A stretch of 64,000 nucleotides of DNA from Antedon mediterranea (Eukaryota > Animalia > Echinodermata): the NCBI RefSeq assembly GCF_964355755.1, contig NC_092674.1, forward strand, positions 6,448,001 through 6,512,000, given 5' to 3'. The translations under genes were made by a program, and so were the position numbers. The notes under the pieces are model-generated. The model worked only from the letters and a program-made list of their open reading frames with translations, searched no databases and was not told the origin of the DNA. Below are positions 37,087 through 50,062 of this stretch, one piece after another; position 1 is the stretch's first letter; every line of letters starts with the position of its first letter.

Positions 37087-39140
37087 ATGGCGTTGTACAT
37101 GGTCTTCTTAATATTGCATTTTATAATCTTTTCTTCTGGGGACTCAAAATCTGAGAATGACGTGTGCAAACATGGTTACTATGCGAAAACTCTTCCCAAA
37201 AGGACGACGAAGAAAAACAACAAATACGCTTGCATGAAATGTGGAATGTGTAGAGACGGGGTGGAGGTTATTGCGTCATGTACAAAATGGTCGGATGTAA
37301 AATGTGGTGGGTGTATTCATGAAGACCTTGGGTTTATTTTTGATCACATTACAAAGTCGTGCCAACATTCTGACGTCTTGTCTGGAAAGGTCGCACCGGA
37401 AGAGATCTGGACAAAGCTTGGGTTACGATCAACTACTACTAGGCCTAGGCCTATATCAAAAAGATTTTCTACAACGCCTGCAATAACCATTTCAGTACAA
37501 GATTCGGCAGCATTGTATCCAGAAGAAGGTCCTCATGGCATAAAGCATGTCAATTCTCTAACATTCGAAGCAACACCTTCAGCGCCATCTGTCCTGTCTT
37601 TGATATCAGTTGGATCTGCCACAATTCTGTCTCTGGCCTTAATTCTTTTGATTATCTTGAGCTGCAGGTTAAAGGCAGAGCAGGATGGAGTAGATTCGTT
37701 ATTTCCTTGTGTGGTTTACAAGTGTTTTAAAGGAATATGTAACAGTGAATCACGTAAGTGTGTATGGGGGGGGGGGGGGGGGCAAGAGTTGAAGTTTTTT
37801 CTACTGGGGTACATCAGTAGGCCTAGGCCTACGTGTCCTTGCACACTCTTGATGCTTAACGTGGGCTGTTAAAAGTATTTTCTCACCCACTGTTAAATTT
37901 GAAGCAAAAACAGAGAACTATACGCACAGATATTCTTCAAATAATGTCTAGTTTTGTGATAAATGATAGCTGGCCTTACTGTATAGTTATTTAATTATTT
38001 ATTGCCTAACATTGTGGTATCTAACCCAATTATGTATTTTAGTATCATTGGTAAATTTCGTAATACAGCATATCATGTGTATCACATGTGTGGTGCCTTT
38101 ATTTAGGGTGATGATACAGGAGTCATATATCAGTACATACAATCTGCCGGGTATCTCGTTTATAAGGAACTTGGTAAAGTTGCTTATAAATATTATAGTG
38201 ATGTACTGTAATTATTTCCTTTTTCGGTAATCGGGATTTTCCTAATGTTTACTGGTACCTGTATGTCGCAGTGGAAACTAGACATTGCTTCCTCTTTCAA
38301 TTTCTCTAGGCCTATTGTTGTCAGACATATCTTCGTTTGTGTTTGCTACTAAAGACATTAATTTTTCTTCCCGTGTTTATTAAAAAGCTAATTTGTTGAA
38401 TAACACAAGCATTTACCCATAGCATTCATTCCTTGTTGAATACGAGATCATCGTCTTAGCATGCGCGCATAATATAATAATATAATAATTACACGCTGCG
38501 AATCTGTTTAATACGAGATAAGAAAATAATATACTGTAACAAACAACAAACAACAAATTTGCTGGTACAGTTTTAGCTATAGAACTTGTTGAATTATAAT
38601 TTATTATTATTTACAGATAATCAAACTCATAATGGTAGGCCTACATCTGAGATAGGCCAATTTCACGTCGTCACAACAACGAATAAAAGCCCCTCTGAGG
38701 AGAAAGAGAAGCTGTGGAGTGAAGATTTTGAGTTCCCAAGATCAATCAGCTTGATTGACCTAAGAACGTCGGATTCGTTCCATTCAATCATCAAGCTCGT
38801 CTGTAAAAGTGCATCCTGTCTGGAATTCGAGTACGGTTTAGCCCGCGACAGCAGGCCAACTTCAAATAAGCACAAAGCACATGGTGCACCAGTCAGCTTC
38901 TATATTGGAGATTTTGGTGTAAAGAAGTTATCAAAATCAAAATGTGAATCAAATATGGAATCCGAGTTCACTTCTTTTTGTTCGTCACATGTCTTTAGCG
39001 ACAGGTTAAGTGATTGTGGAAGCGTTTCTTCTGATGATGAGTATGGTGCGTGGAGAGCGTTTATGGCGTGCCATAACATTACAACTTATGACGAAACTGT
39101 TGAAAGCGATGTATGGATACTTAAAGTAACTACAGTCTGA
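37087..39140 (+). CDS. TNF-receptor-superfamily-like type I membrane protein (2 exons)
   Basis: Exons 37087-37753 and 38617-39140 (phase 1). Signal peptide MALYMVFLILHFIIFSSG; Cys-rich CKHGYY..CMKCGMC..VIASCTKWSDVKCGGC; Thr/Pro stalk; TM LISVGSATILSLALILLIIL; Ser-rich tail. Confidence 0.75.
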
Positions 39141-39929
39141 ATTATGAATAAATACATCAAGAGAAAGTGTTGTTCATAAAAATAACAAAAGATATTTTAG
39201 TCATTGCTTGGCAATAGATAGAGGTTGCCTGATGAAGAGGTGTCACACTAAGACAGAATATGGTATTTTAATTTATTTATATTTCATTAAATATATTGTT
39301 ATATTATCACAAAAAACAATCCTAAAACGCATAAGGCTCTGGCTACACTATCAAACATTATGTGACAAAAAAATGTGATGTATATTGACACGATGACGTC
39401 ATATTACCACCATATTTTGGGCACATCACACTTTTTTTGTTAAACTAGTTCGATAGTGAAGACAGAGCTTACAAATAAGCAACGTCAAACTTAGTCGTGA
39501 TTTCCACGCTACGCTTACGCTATCGAGCGCAGAAAGGGCTTGTTTGAGATACAAATTTGTATTTTAAAACTTGTTTATTTTCACCTTTAGATGTGTATTT
39601 CCCGCCCCTAAAGATCTCTTGTATATCATATACAAGGGCTCTTTAGGAATGGGTAGGTGTATATACTTTTTAGCTTGATTTAACTAGCCCCACTATGCAA
39701 GATTGTAAATTTGACAAACGCTTTCTCATTCGATCCTGATCATCGGCTTTCGTCACCGTCGTCGTTAGGTCACCGTTGTCAAAAAGAATGAAAAAAAAAT
39801 AAAAAAAGATTTAACACAAATTAAGAGTTTTGTATTTCATTTTTACTAAACTAGATCTACATGGAATTGAGAAAAATAACTGTGCACGTGGGAGGTTTAG
39901 CTTATTACGAAATGTATTCAAAGGAAATG

Positions 39930-42108
39930 TTAATATGAGTTCTTTCTTTTCTTGTGACCTTTCTTTGGTGGATCTGGAAAATAAAAGCGTCCAACAAGAC
40001 CAAAATGATCTGATAAGTCGGTGATGACCAGACTCCCTAGGCAGTCAGGTGATGTCGCAGATACGTAGCCTCCCGTTGTTGCGTTGACACAGATGTTTAG
40101 TGGCTTCGTTTTTGGTTTGAAGACGCTTAGAAGAGATTTAGCGTTAGATTTATGAGCAGAGCTCAACACAACGTAGTCTATCCACTGTTCTTGTGGTTCG
40201 TTAACTAGACGATTCAAGTCATTTGTAAGCGGATCAAAGGTCGTTCTTACACGTCCAACTCTACGAGGTAAGATTGCGCCCATATTTTCGAGAACTCGTT
40301 CAGCATGGTCTTGGAAGTTGTTCAGATCGGCGTTGAAATCTCCCGCCATAATGACCGCTTCGGTGGAAGGAATGTTACGTCGTGATATAAAGTTTTCAAA
40401 CTCGGTGGCTTGAAGTTCCCGGATTGCTTGCCTAGAATCGCCAACCTGCGCCTGCATGTGTGTACCAAACACGTGATACGGGAGAGTACGGTTGTGGACT
40501 GTCTTCATCACGTGCGCGTACATGATTCCCTTTGACGAAAATGGATCAAATGTCGTTGGATCAGTGTTGTTAAATATGTAATCTTCGTAGTATGCAATTG
40601 GCCAACGTGAGGCAATAAATGTTCCGCCATTTTCAAAGATTAAGAAGTTTTCGGCTTCTTCTGCAATTCCAACATTTGGAGTGACGTACTTGAAACCATA
40701 GTATTTCAACAGATCTCTAAAATCAAGTTTGCCAGGAAAGCATCCGCCCATAGCTAGTTCTTGGAAGACGATGACGTCAACTCTTCGGATGTTCTTTAAT
40801 ATTTCAAGAGGTATACGACAGGTTCGTTCTCTCTGACCAGTGTATTGGTAAGATGGTGGTATATTAAAAATCGGAACCGAATACTCGTAGTCCAGCTCCA
40901 ATACATTATACGACACCACTTGCAAGAAGTTAGCTGGAGTTGATGGAAGAAGAGGGCGTGCTTTTGGTGCTGCACATATCACTACGTCACTGCAGCCAAC
41001 AGTCTCTACATCGCAATTGACAGTGCTTGTACAGATGTAAGAAAGACCAAATTGTTTGCATGTCAATGCACTGTACTCAGTTTCCTCCGTGCTACTAGCT
41101 GAGGAATAAATCAAACATTAAATGCGCATTTCATAATTGCGGGGTTTCTATTTCTACTACTTAAGCCTAATAGTTGTAAAATGTTTTAGCAAGTTTCAAT
41201 CATAAAAGGCTCGTATTGTTGCTCTGAACATGTTCGTCTTTCTTAAAGCTCTGTCTACACTATCAAACTTTATGTGACAAAAAATGTGAGATGCCCATAT
41301 ATGGACACATGATATCATATCACTACCATATTTGGGCACATCACACTTTGTCAAACTAGTTTGATAGTGTAGACAGAGCGTAAGTTATGTATATTACTGC
41401 CACGAGCAGGTAAAACGTTCAATGTTTCAGTGACACATTTATTCAGATTTTTCTGCGTAAATTGCAATTGTAACTTACATAACCAAACAAATGGCCGCTC
41501 GTCATTGGTTAGTTTTTCATCTTCATCTCCGTTGCAACTCCGATACAACCGACCTGAAACCATCAAAGTAGGCTTACAGTAAATACCATAACATTGTTCT
41601 TAAATAAACGTTAAGATATAATACAGACATTTGTGAAACGAAATAAAACTCTGTGGAACCGGGTGTTTCACGACAATGCGAGTACCCACTATTGGGTCTA
41701 AGAGTATGTCTGCTAATAATGTTCCTGAGCGTGCGCAGAATGACTTTTTGACTTGACAGTTCCGTAGTCTAGTAGCATCGAGTGTCCGATAGACCTAACG
41801 CGAGTAAAACAATCAATTTTGTTCTAAAATCTGGAAGGGCAACTTTTTTTTCTGTGGCTTAGTAAAAAATACAATTGATTATTGTGTTAACAAGCACCCG
41901 TGCTAGGACTACTTAAGTATTCATAATTAACACAATATGCTAATTTACATTTAACCCGTCAGTTGGTGACTTCATAACTATCAGAAATGAATAGGAATAT
42001 AACAGGCTACATTGTAATAATTCAAACATTATTTGTATACATACCTTTTGAATGTTTTGAAGTCACACATTGGATGAGATACACCAGTAATAGAGCCTTA
42101 AGAATCAT
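39930..42108 (-). CDS. Secreted sphingomyelinase C-like phosphodiesterase (EEP fold), copy 1
   Basis: Exons 42045-42108 (MILKALLLVYLIQCVTS signal), 41479-41553, 39930-41098, with phase 1 introns. Motifs SYNV, FQE, ENGG, SKG, GTHMQA, GDFNAD, IDYV, LSDH. Confidence 0.88.
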
Positions 42109-42669
42109 AATTAAGCCGAGGTGTGCTATCGTCAAAATAAGAGTGTCCTCCGCCGATTACCAAAGACAACTGACCAAACCTCTTCCAAATTATTCAAACC
42201 TTCAGAGATCTTAAAGGATTATCCGCGTCGGCGGAAGGATTCATTTTTCACGAACATTTTTGTCAAGTGTCAAGTAAACAAATATATATTATTATTTATT
42301 ATTTAGTCTCAATTTTCGTAGAATATATACCCGGGTATAATTATTAATAATATGCATATACAGTTTTAGGCGCATATCGTGATTTTATTTAATATGTGAA
42401 AATACAGTGCAATATGATTATATGATTTTTTTTAGAATGAAATCGTCCAATATTTTGTCAAGTGATTTCAAATCATGGTCAATGTGATTAAAAGTACAAT
42501 TGTACTTTATTTATAATACTTATTATTTATAATAAAAAAATATTGTTTTAAATCTTTTCATCAAGAACGGCAATCAATCCAAGGACTAGTTGACTCGCCT
42601 ATCCGTATACGATTACCAACATGACTGCACCCAAATATGGGATTAGGCTTCATTTCAACATTGTTTGTA

Positions 42670-43063
42670 GGCTTGGTTTCCACTAGCGACGCAACGTAAC
42701 GCAACCTACGCGACGTACGAAAATTTCCTTCCAATAAATAATTGTGTTTGCCCCCACCTGCGTGAAATCAAACCTGCGATGTTTGCAGCACTGTTGCGTC
42801 GTCGGTTCCCACTTAAGCTTAGTTCCCACTAGAACGTAACGCAAAGACGTAAACGCAACGCAAGCGTTTTAACCAATGACAAGCGAAGTTATAGACAGTT
42901 AGCAATCACAAGCGAATAAGCCATCGCTTGTGATTGGTCAATTCACTTGCGTTGCGTTACGTCCTTGCGTTGCGTCGCTAGTGGGAACCACGCTTTATGA
43001 TTACTCAATACAGCACTTTTCGTCAATACGTCGCTGCGTTGCGTTCTAGTGGGAACCACGCTT
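42670..43063. mobile_element. Two nested palindromic Harbinger-like MITEs
   Basis: TIRs gcttggtt(t/c)ccactag / ctagtgggaaccacgc; inner copy ~42816-42995; truncated relative at ~51869. Confidence 0.7.
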
Positions 43064-43900
43064 TAAGAGGCCCATTACATCTTTCTCTTCCTTCATCAAT
43101 TGTAAGTGCCGCCCGCCCACAGAATGAATTTAGTACATTTGGGTGTGGCTATTTTTAATTACAGCCCATTTCAGTGAAATCCCAACTTTATGCCTAATTG
43201 TTATTATTAGCCTCATGGTTTATCGGTATTGAAACAAAAACTGGACTGATCAATCTCCATGTTTGCTGTTTTAAATCATCTAATCTGAGCTGAAAATACT
43301 TGTGCTACTCTGATCGTGTTTGTCTCGTCCGCGCACTGTCTACGCCAATTCATGGTACGGTCGTCAACTTCCATCATATATATTAGGATGACGTAAAGTA
43401 TATCTGAGACAACTGAAAACGGCAAGGAGCTACCGAGAAAGCTTATCCAAACATTTCCTAATTATTAAAAGTACGAAAAAACACAACTAAAAACAAAACA
43501 CAAAACAACAACCTATCTAAACATTCTATAATATGATTTTTTTACATGGTAGTAAATATAGTTGTAACGTTTCTTTAGGTAGGCCTAGCTTTGTGCATAA
43601 CGTTCTAAAAAATAAAGTAATGCTATGCAGTGATGATAAACTAACAATAATAAAGTAGGTCTAATAATAAATAATAAATTGCACAAGTTTATATACCGGT
43701 ACTACAACTACATTTAAACAAAATTAAAAGTAGTAGAATCAACCGATGTAAATAAAACTTCAATCTTCAGTGATTCTTAGCTTCTTTAGCAGCAAATATA
43801 TTTATTTAGGAAAGGTATATTATTGCCTTATTTATACTCTACAAAAATATAGCTGTTATAATCAAACAGGGGCATTTAATTTTAGGACAAATTTTATCGT

Positions 43901-46900
43901 TTACAAGAATCTCCAATTCTTACAGCATTTCTTCTTGGTCAACTTTTTGATCACTGGGTTTCGTGGAAATATAAAAGAACCAACAACCGCGTAGTGGTCT
44001 GATAAGTTTGTAACTTCAAGACTCTGGTTGCAATCTGATGATTTCGAGCTGACGTAGTCTCCAGTTGTTGCACTTATACAAACGCTAAACGCGTTCGGGT
44101 CTTGTGGCTTGAACGCAACTAAGTTAGCACTGACGTCTACTGTTAAATGAGATGAACTTAGGACAACATAATCTAACCATTGATGGTCAGGCTCATTAGA
44201 TGATATGATCAATTCATTTGTAAGCGGGTCCCACGTCGTTTGCAATGGTCCAACTTTACTAGGAAGAACGCCTCCCATTTGAGAAAGAACCCGGTAAGCG
44301 TGGTCTGGATAGTTGTTCAAATCAGCGTTGAAATCTCCCGCCATAATAACTGCTTCCGACGACGATATACCAAATCCTTCGATAAAATCAAAGATCTCAG
44401 CTGCCTGTGCCTCACGAACAGTCTCTCTTCTAGAGCCAACTTCAGCCTGCATATGGGTACCAAACACATGGTACGGAACGGCTCCGTTTCCATCAGATTT
44501 CATTATATGCGCGTACATTACGCCCTTTGACGCGTACGCATCTGTAGTAGTAGGATCGGAGTTAGTAAATACGTGGTCTTCATAATACACAATCGGCCAA
44601 CGTGACGCAATAGCAACTCCGCCATTTTCGTAAATAAGTGGGTTATCTCCCTCTTCTTCTTCAACTCCAACATTAGGAGTAACAAAGGTAAAACCATAAT
44701 AATTCAATAAATCTCTGAAGTCCAAATCGTCTGGAAAACATCCTCCCATGAAGAGTTCTTCCATAACAAGAACATCGGCATGCGGGTGATTCTGCAAGAT
44801 ATTTAAAGGTATACGACAGGTTCGTTCTCGCTGACCACTATACACGTAAAGCTTTGGTAAATTTAGTATATCCGGATCATAAAGATAGTCAAGCTCATAG
44901 ATATTATAGGCAACAACCTGCAAGTTGTTGGCAGAGGTAGCTTCAGTAAGAGGTTGTGCCTCTGGTGCGGCACATAGTGCCTCAGCTGTACAACCCGTGC
45001 CAGCTGAATCGCATGATGAACTGGAACAGACAAAGTCTAGGCCAAATACTGAGCACGTCAATCTGCTTGGTGGACTGGATGTCGAAGAATGATCTGATAA
45101 ATAACAAATAAATTATACATATAACACGTTTAAATTTTCAGCAACCACAGTTTGTATTGTAGACACGTGTGCAGTCTATTGTAATATAAAGCATTTATGA
45201 ATAGAAGGCCACTGTCAAAGTCTTGCATGCTCTAAAATATTATTTTACGCCGATTTTCCATCAGCGGCGAATTTGTTCGCGCGAATCGAAAGCGCCAGTT
45301 TATACGCATGCGTATTTCATCTTCCAAATCCCTATCTACGCATGCGTATAAGTTGACGCTTTCAACTCGCGCGAAAAAAATTCCCCTAGTTGAAAATCAG
45401 CTGTCTAGTCCTATTTATTAAACGTAACCGGCCGGAATAGCCTAGTATAATAATTCAAATATATTTCCAAATTACGGTCGTAAGAAAATAAACTTTTCGT
45501 GGTCCGATTTTGATGAAATAAAAACCAATTGTTAAGCAACATATATTTTATCATCAATTAATACTCGACGCATACATGATAATAAAGAAATCAGACTGCG
45601 CATACGATTTATACATGGGTACGTTTTTACATTAGCAATTGATCTATAGAGGGCTTCGGCAAGAGACATGCGGTAGTGTTCACAGGGCGTGTATGGTAGC
45701 GGTGCTTTAATATAGGCTGGGAAGTGTATTCTTCTTTGATATTTTCATCAGTCCTTCTATTTCAATATTACAGTAATTTGATTTCACGAGAATACACTCC
45801 GGGTTTTCCATTTTTTTTTTCCTATGAGGTTAAGAAAATCATGAATAATTCATTACCTTAATTAATCTCTCTTCATGCTCTATAATGTCCCATATTATGT
45901 CATAATCTAATGAATTATTCATGATTTCTGCGTTAGTCTCTTAGGAAAGAAAATTCCTCCGGGTTTAACATTTCTATATTTTAAAATATACACCTTTGCA
46001 ATTTTAAAATAAGGAGTGCTATTTCACGATGCTCGTTCTACGTCATCACTGTCCAATGGGGTTATAATAAATGTTGTTGTAAAGGTGTATATAATAAAAT
46101 ACTGTACAACTTTTAAACTTCTTAAGTCTAATAAAGACCAAGTACGTACCGACCCATACAAATGGACGACCTTCTCGTCGAAGTAGATCATCCTCTCCGC
46201 CAACACAACTCCAATAGTCTATACAGTATACATGACAAAAAATACATATTTATAATTATTGGAAGTGATATCAGCTTTTTAAAATACCTTAATTCAGAAT
46301 CATACGATAAACACATTATTATTTTTGATTGGTTTAAAATGCTGGTAGCTATAAACATATCATACATTATGTTTTAATGACTGATCATTAAATATACACT
46401 TGACTGCGTTTACAATTCGTGCAGTTAATTTCCATTGTTTATTTGTTGATGTCTCAATTGGTGTTTAAACTTTTTCTTATCTACATACAAATCTTACATT
46501 TCGTGTAGGCTGCATGCACGTTACTTTTTGTCCTCATTTCGTAAATATTATGTGGTATTGAATGCCATATAATAACGGTGGGACGGATTTATTTAATCAA
46601 GGGGTAATCTATGGTTTTTTCCCACCTATTATCTTGTACCAAGACTGGTAAGAATGGGTGTAGTGGGACACATTACTATGGTATACTGTAGTAAAAGGAG
46701 AGGTAATAAACATCGCTGGGGGTTGTTTGTTTTTGGTACTTTTCACCATCACAACAAACAAGCATTTACGTGCATGATGGGTACAAACCTAGATTAATTC
46801 TTTACGGGATTTTGAAAGCAGAAAAGGAGTATTGCTAGTGTTACAGAACGATAACTGAATAAAATGATTAATGGATGACGTAATCATTTTTAGATATTCT

Positions 46901-47347
46901 ATAGTACTACTGTTCAATCTTGGTCGGAATTTTATATAATAAAAATTACAATATAGGCCTATATTATTTGGAGCACTGTCCAAAATGAAATACTAGGCCT
47001 ACAATAGCTTGAAGATAATTTATGCCTATACTTATAATTTGTAACCATCCTCTGATGTGATGTGACGTCACAACACAACCACCACGCATCACTATGTAAA
47101 TGGTACGATAAACAGGGTTTGTTAATTGCCTTACTTATTTAATTTACTTTAAATGGATATGAAAGGGTTCCTATAGCAATATCATTGTATTTGCTCAACA
47201 TGTAGATCACTCAGTTTTAAGCTTACCATAGTTATACTACATGTTTTGGAGGACAACTCCCTCAAAACGCCCCTGGGCGTAGATACACTTACCTGCGTAG
47301 ACATAATGTGGAAGAAAAATGGATAATACGGTCCAGAAAAGAATCAT
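43901..47347 (-). CDS. Secreted sphingomyelinase C-like phosphodiesterase, copy 2
   Basis: Exons 47293-47347 (MILFWTVLSIFLPHYVYA), 46150-46218 (DYWSCVGG..GRPFVWV, homologous to copy 1 exon 2), 43901-45093; same catalytic motifs. Confidence 0.88.
45247..45403. mobile_element. Palindromic MITE
   Basis: gattttcca..gaatttgttcgcgcga / tcgcgcgaaaaaaattc..ttgaaaatc, with internal atacgcatgcgtat palindromes. Confidence 0.55.
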
Positions 47348-49542
47348 GGTGAAAGAATTATGAGATGACAACTCTGTAGCCGTAACTCTGTATTGCATGA
47401 CATCAAACATAGTTTATGCAAATCACACCTTCCAAATGCTGGTACCAGCATTGATATTGATATTATTTAACCAATTTATCAATTAATCAATATAATTTAC
47501 TGCATGCAATGACTGTCATTGCACAAAAAACACAGGGAATTAATTGATAAAATGATAATTAATTGTTATCATTGTTAGCAATACTATTCTCGTACCTGTT
47601 CACGTCCTTCTCAATGTTTGTGTTTTTTATCTAATCGGGGATCGGAATTTACAATATTCATACATATTTATGCCAAGGCTCGAAGCTTTACAAATATAGA
47701 AATCTGCTTCATTCTATTGTACTCAAATGAAACATATTTAACTAAATCTGAAATCATTCTTGCAATAACCTTGCATACACAACTCGTCATAAAACCATCG
47801 TATAATAAGCAAATAAGAATGTTCTCTAGCAGTATTCGAACACGTGAATTCTCACAAGCTAAGCACCACTCCATTAGACCAGGCGTTTAAACACGTCGTC
47901 TGATAGAATTGTGCTTAGCATGTGAAAAAAATTGAAAACCGGTGTTTCAACCCTAGAGGAAAAAATACATCATTGTCCTGCTAACATATCTTAATCCCGC
48001 TTTAAGCTGTACCCTATTCCGATAACACACCTTGTCTCGATAACATCGAAAGACAACTTGTTCATTCAATAACCGATCAAACACGGTGTATGTGATCTAC
48101 ATCATTGTTCTGCTAACATATACCAATTTAAGCCGTATCCTATTCCGATAACACACCTTGTCTCGATAAAACATCGCTTTACAAAAAACAACTTGTTCAA
48201 TAACCTATCAAACACGTTGTATGTGATCTATTGATCGGCATCAACAAGTTTTTACCGGACAATTACCGGGATTAGAACCCGTGACCTCTTGCATGGCAAG
48301 CACCATTTCATTAGACCACAAATTCCGCTAGACAATACTCGATACTGTGTACTCCACATCATGAGATTAATAATTACCAGTAACATGGGCACATTCTGTA
48401 ATACAGTTACATCATACGTGGCGAACTTGTGTTACGGTAGTCCTATGGCCCATGGTACATGTCCCACTGTATTAAATACTTGCCATGATACTGATAAATT
48501 AATTATACAAAGTACCGAGAATCGGCTAAGTTTAGTAATGACAATAAGTTGTCGTCCCTTTGAATAGAATAACATTTAAAGCATTATGAAATAAAATGAT
48601 ATCGAGTACTTGCTAACATCATTTAATGTTATTTGAACATTTCAGATATTCAATAGTATCTGCTTGATCGCAGTTCTATTTATAAAATACTATGTATTAT
48701 ATTTGCAAGCTGACTTTTCCCATAATGCTTCACGCGTGCGCAACTTTGCCCATAATGCATTCCCCCATAGCACTTCATGGTCCGCACACCCCGGTGCTAT
48801 CGATCGGGGTTGGTGAAATCAACAGTCCCTTTGTGAACAGAAACTCCCTACAGCTTGACAGACTGAGCCTCTATAATGGACAGTTTGAGCCCATATAATG
48901 ATGGACAGTTTGAGCCCCTTTAACGATGGACAGGTGCCCCTATAACGATGGACAATTTGAGACCCTATAAAGTACAGATTGATCTGATATATTGGACAGT
49001 TTTTAATAACCCTGGTACTATAACAGGTGTTTGAACCATATGACCATTACAATCCTTGACTCATAACATAGTTTACTAATCCAAATGTAAGATATAGCAA
49101 CACACCCTGTCTCGATATTCGATAAGATCGCAACAAACATATTCAATAATACTCCACCGAGATATTATAATGCAAACAGTGATATATTAATCGTGAAGGG
49201 CCTTCAACACAATTTACATTTGACATATGTGATTATTTTAATCTGTGTGCACTTTTTATTAGTTCTTTAGATCTACCTTTGTCGTGTTGATAATCACCGA
49301 AGCATGTCCGCTTAACTTCGCCTTTGCTATTTAAGCGACAGACTGTATTTTTCTGTTCAGTTCATTGAACGTCTTCCACTAAATTGCTGTGTTTCCAGGG
49401 TTTCCTTTCCAGCGTCTGAACTGACTGCCAGACTAAACAACTTACCATAGACATAATTATAATGTAAGTATACGGCTAAGTTAGTCGAATAAGTTAGGGC
49501 GCAATGGTGGGGGATAAACCGTAGGCATATCCTTAATGCAAC

Positions 49543-50062
49543 CAGGGAAGAATGCTCTTCCCTGGTAAGAATACCGCGTCCCTGGTAAGAATGCGCGTCC
49601 CTGCTAAGAATGCGCGTCCCTGGTAAGAATTCTCTTACCTGGTAAGTATTCTCTTACCCGGTAAGTATTCTCTTACCCGGTAAGTATTCTCTTACCCGGT
49701 AAGTATTCTCTTACCCGGTAAGTATTCTCTTACCCGGTAAGTATTCTCTTACCCGGTAAGAATTCTCTTACCCGGTAAGAATTCTCTTACCTGGTAAGTA
49801 GGCCTATTCTCTTACCTGGTAAGTAGGCCTATTCTCTTACCTGGTAAGTATTCTCTTACCTGGTAAGTATTCTCTTACATGGTAAGTATTCTCTTACCTG
49901 GTAAGTATTCTCTTACCTGGAAAGAATGCCGCGTCCCTGGAAAGAATGCCGCTTCTCTGGTAAGCATGCGCGTCACTGGTAAGAATACCGCTTCCCTGGT
50001 AAGAATGCTCTTCCCTAATGGTAAGTATGCTCTTACCTAGTGGTAAGAGCTCTTCCTAGTAA
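49543..50062. repeat. 19-bp quasi-palindromic minisatellite (ggtaagtattctcttacc(c/t))
   Basis: About 25 units, directly visible. Confidence 0.9.

Noticed and set aside
39930-47347. One gene with a shared signal exon and alternative catalytic exons
   Set aside because: Each catalytic exon has its own signal exon and micro-exon.
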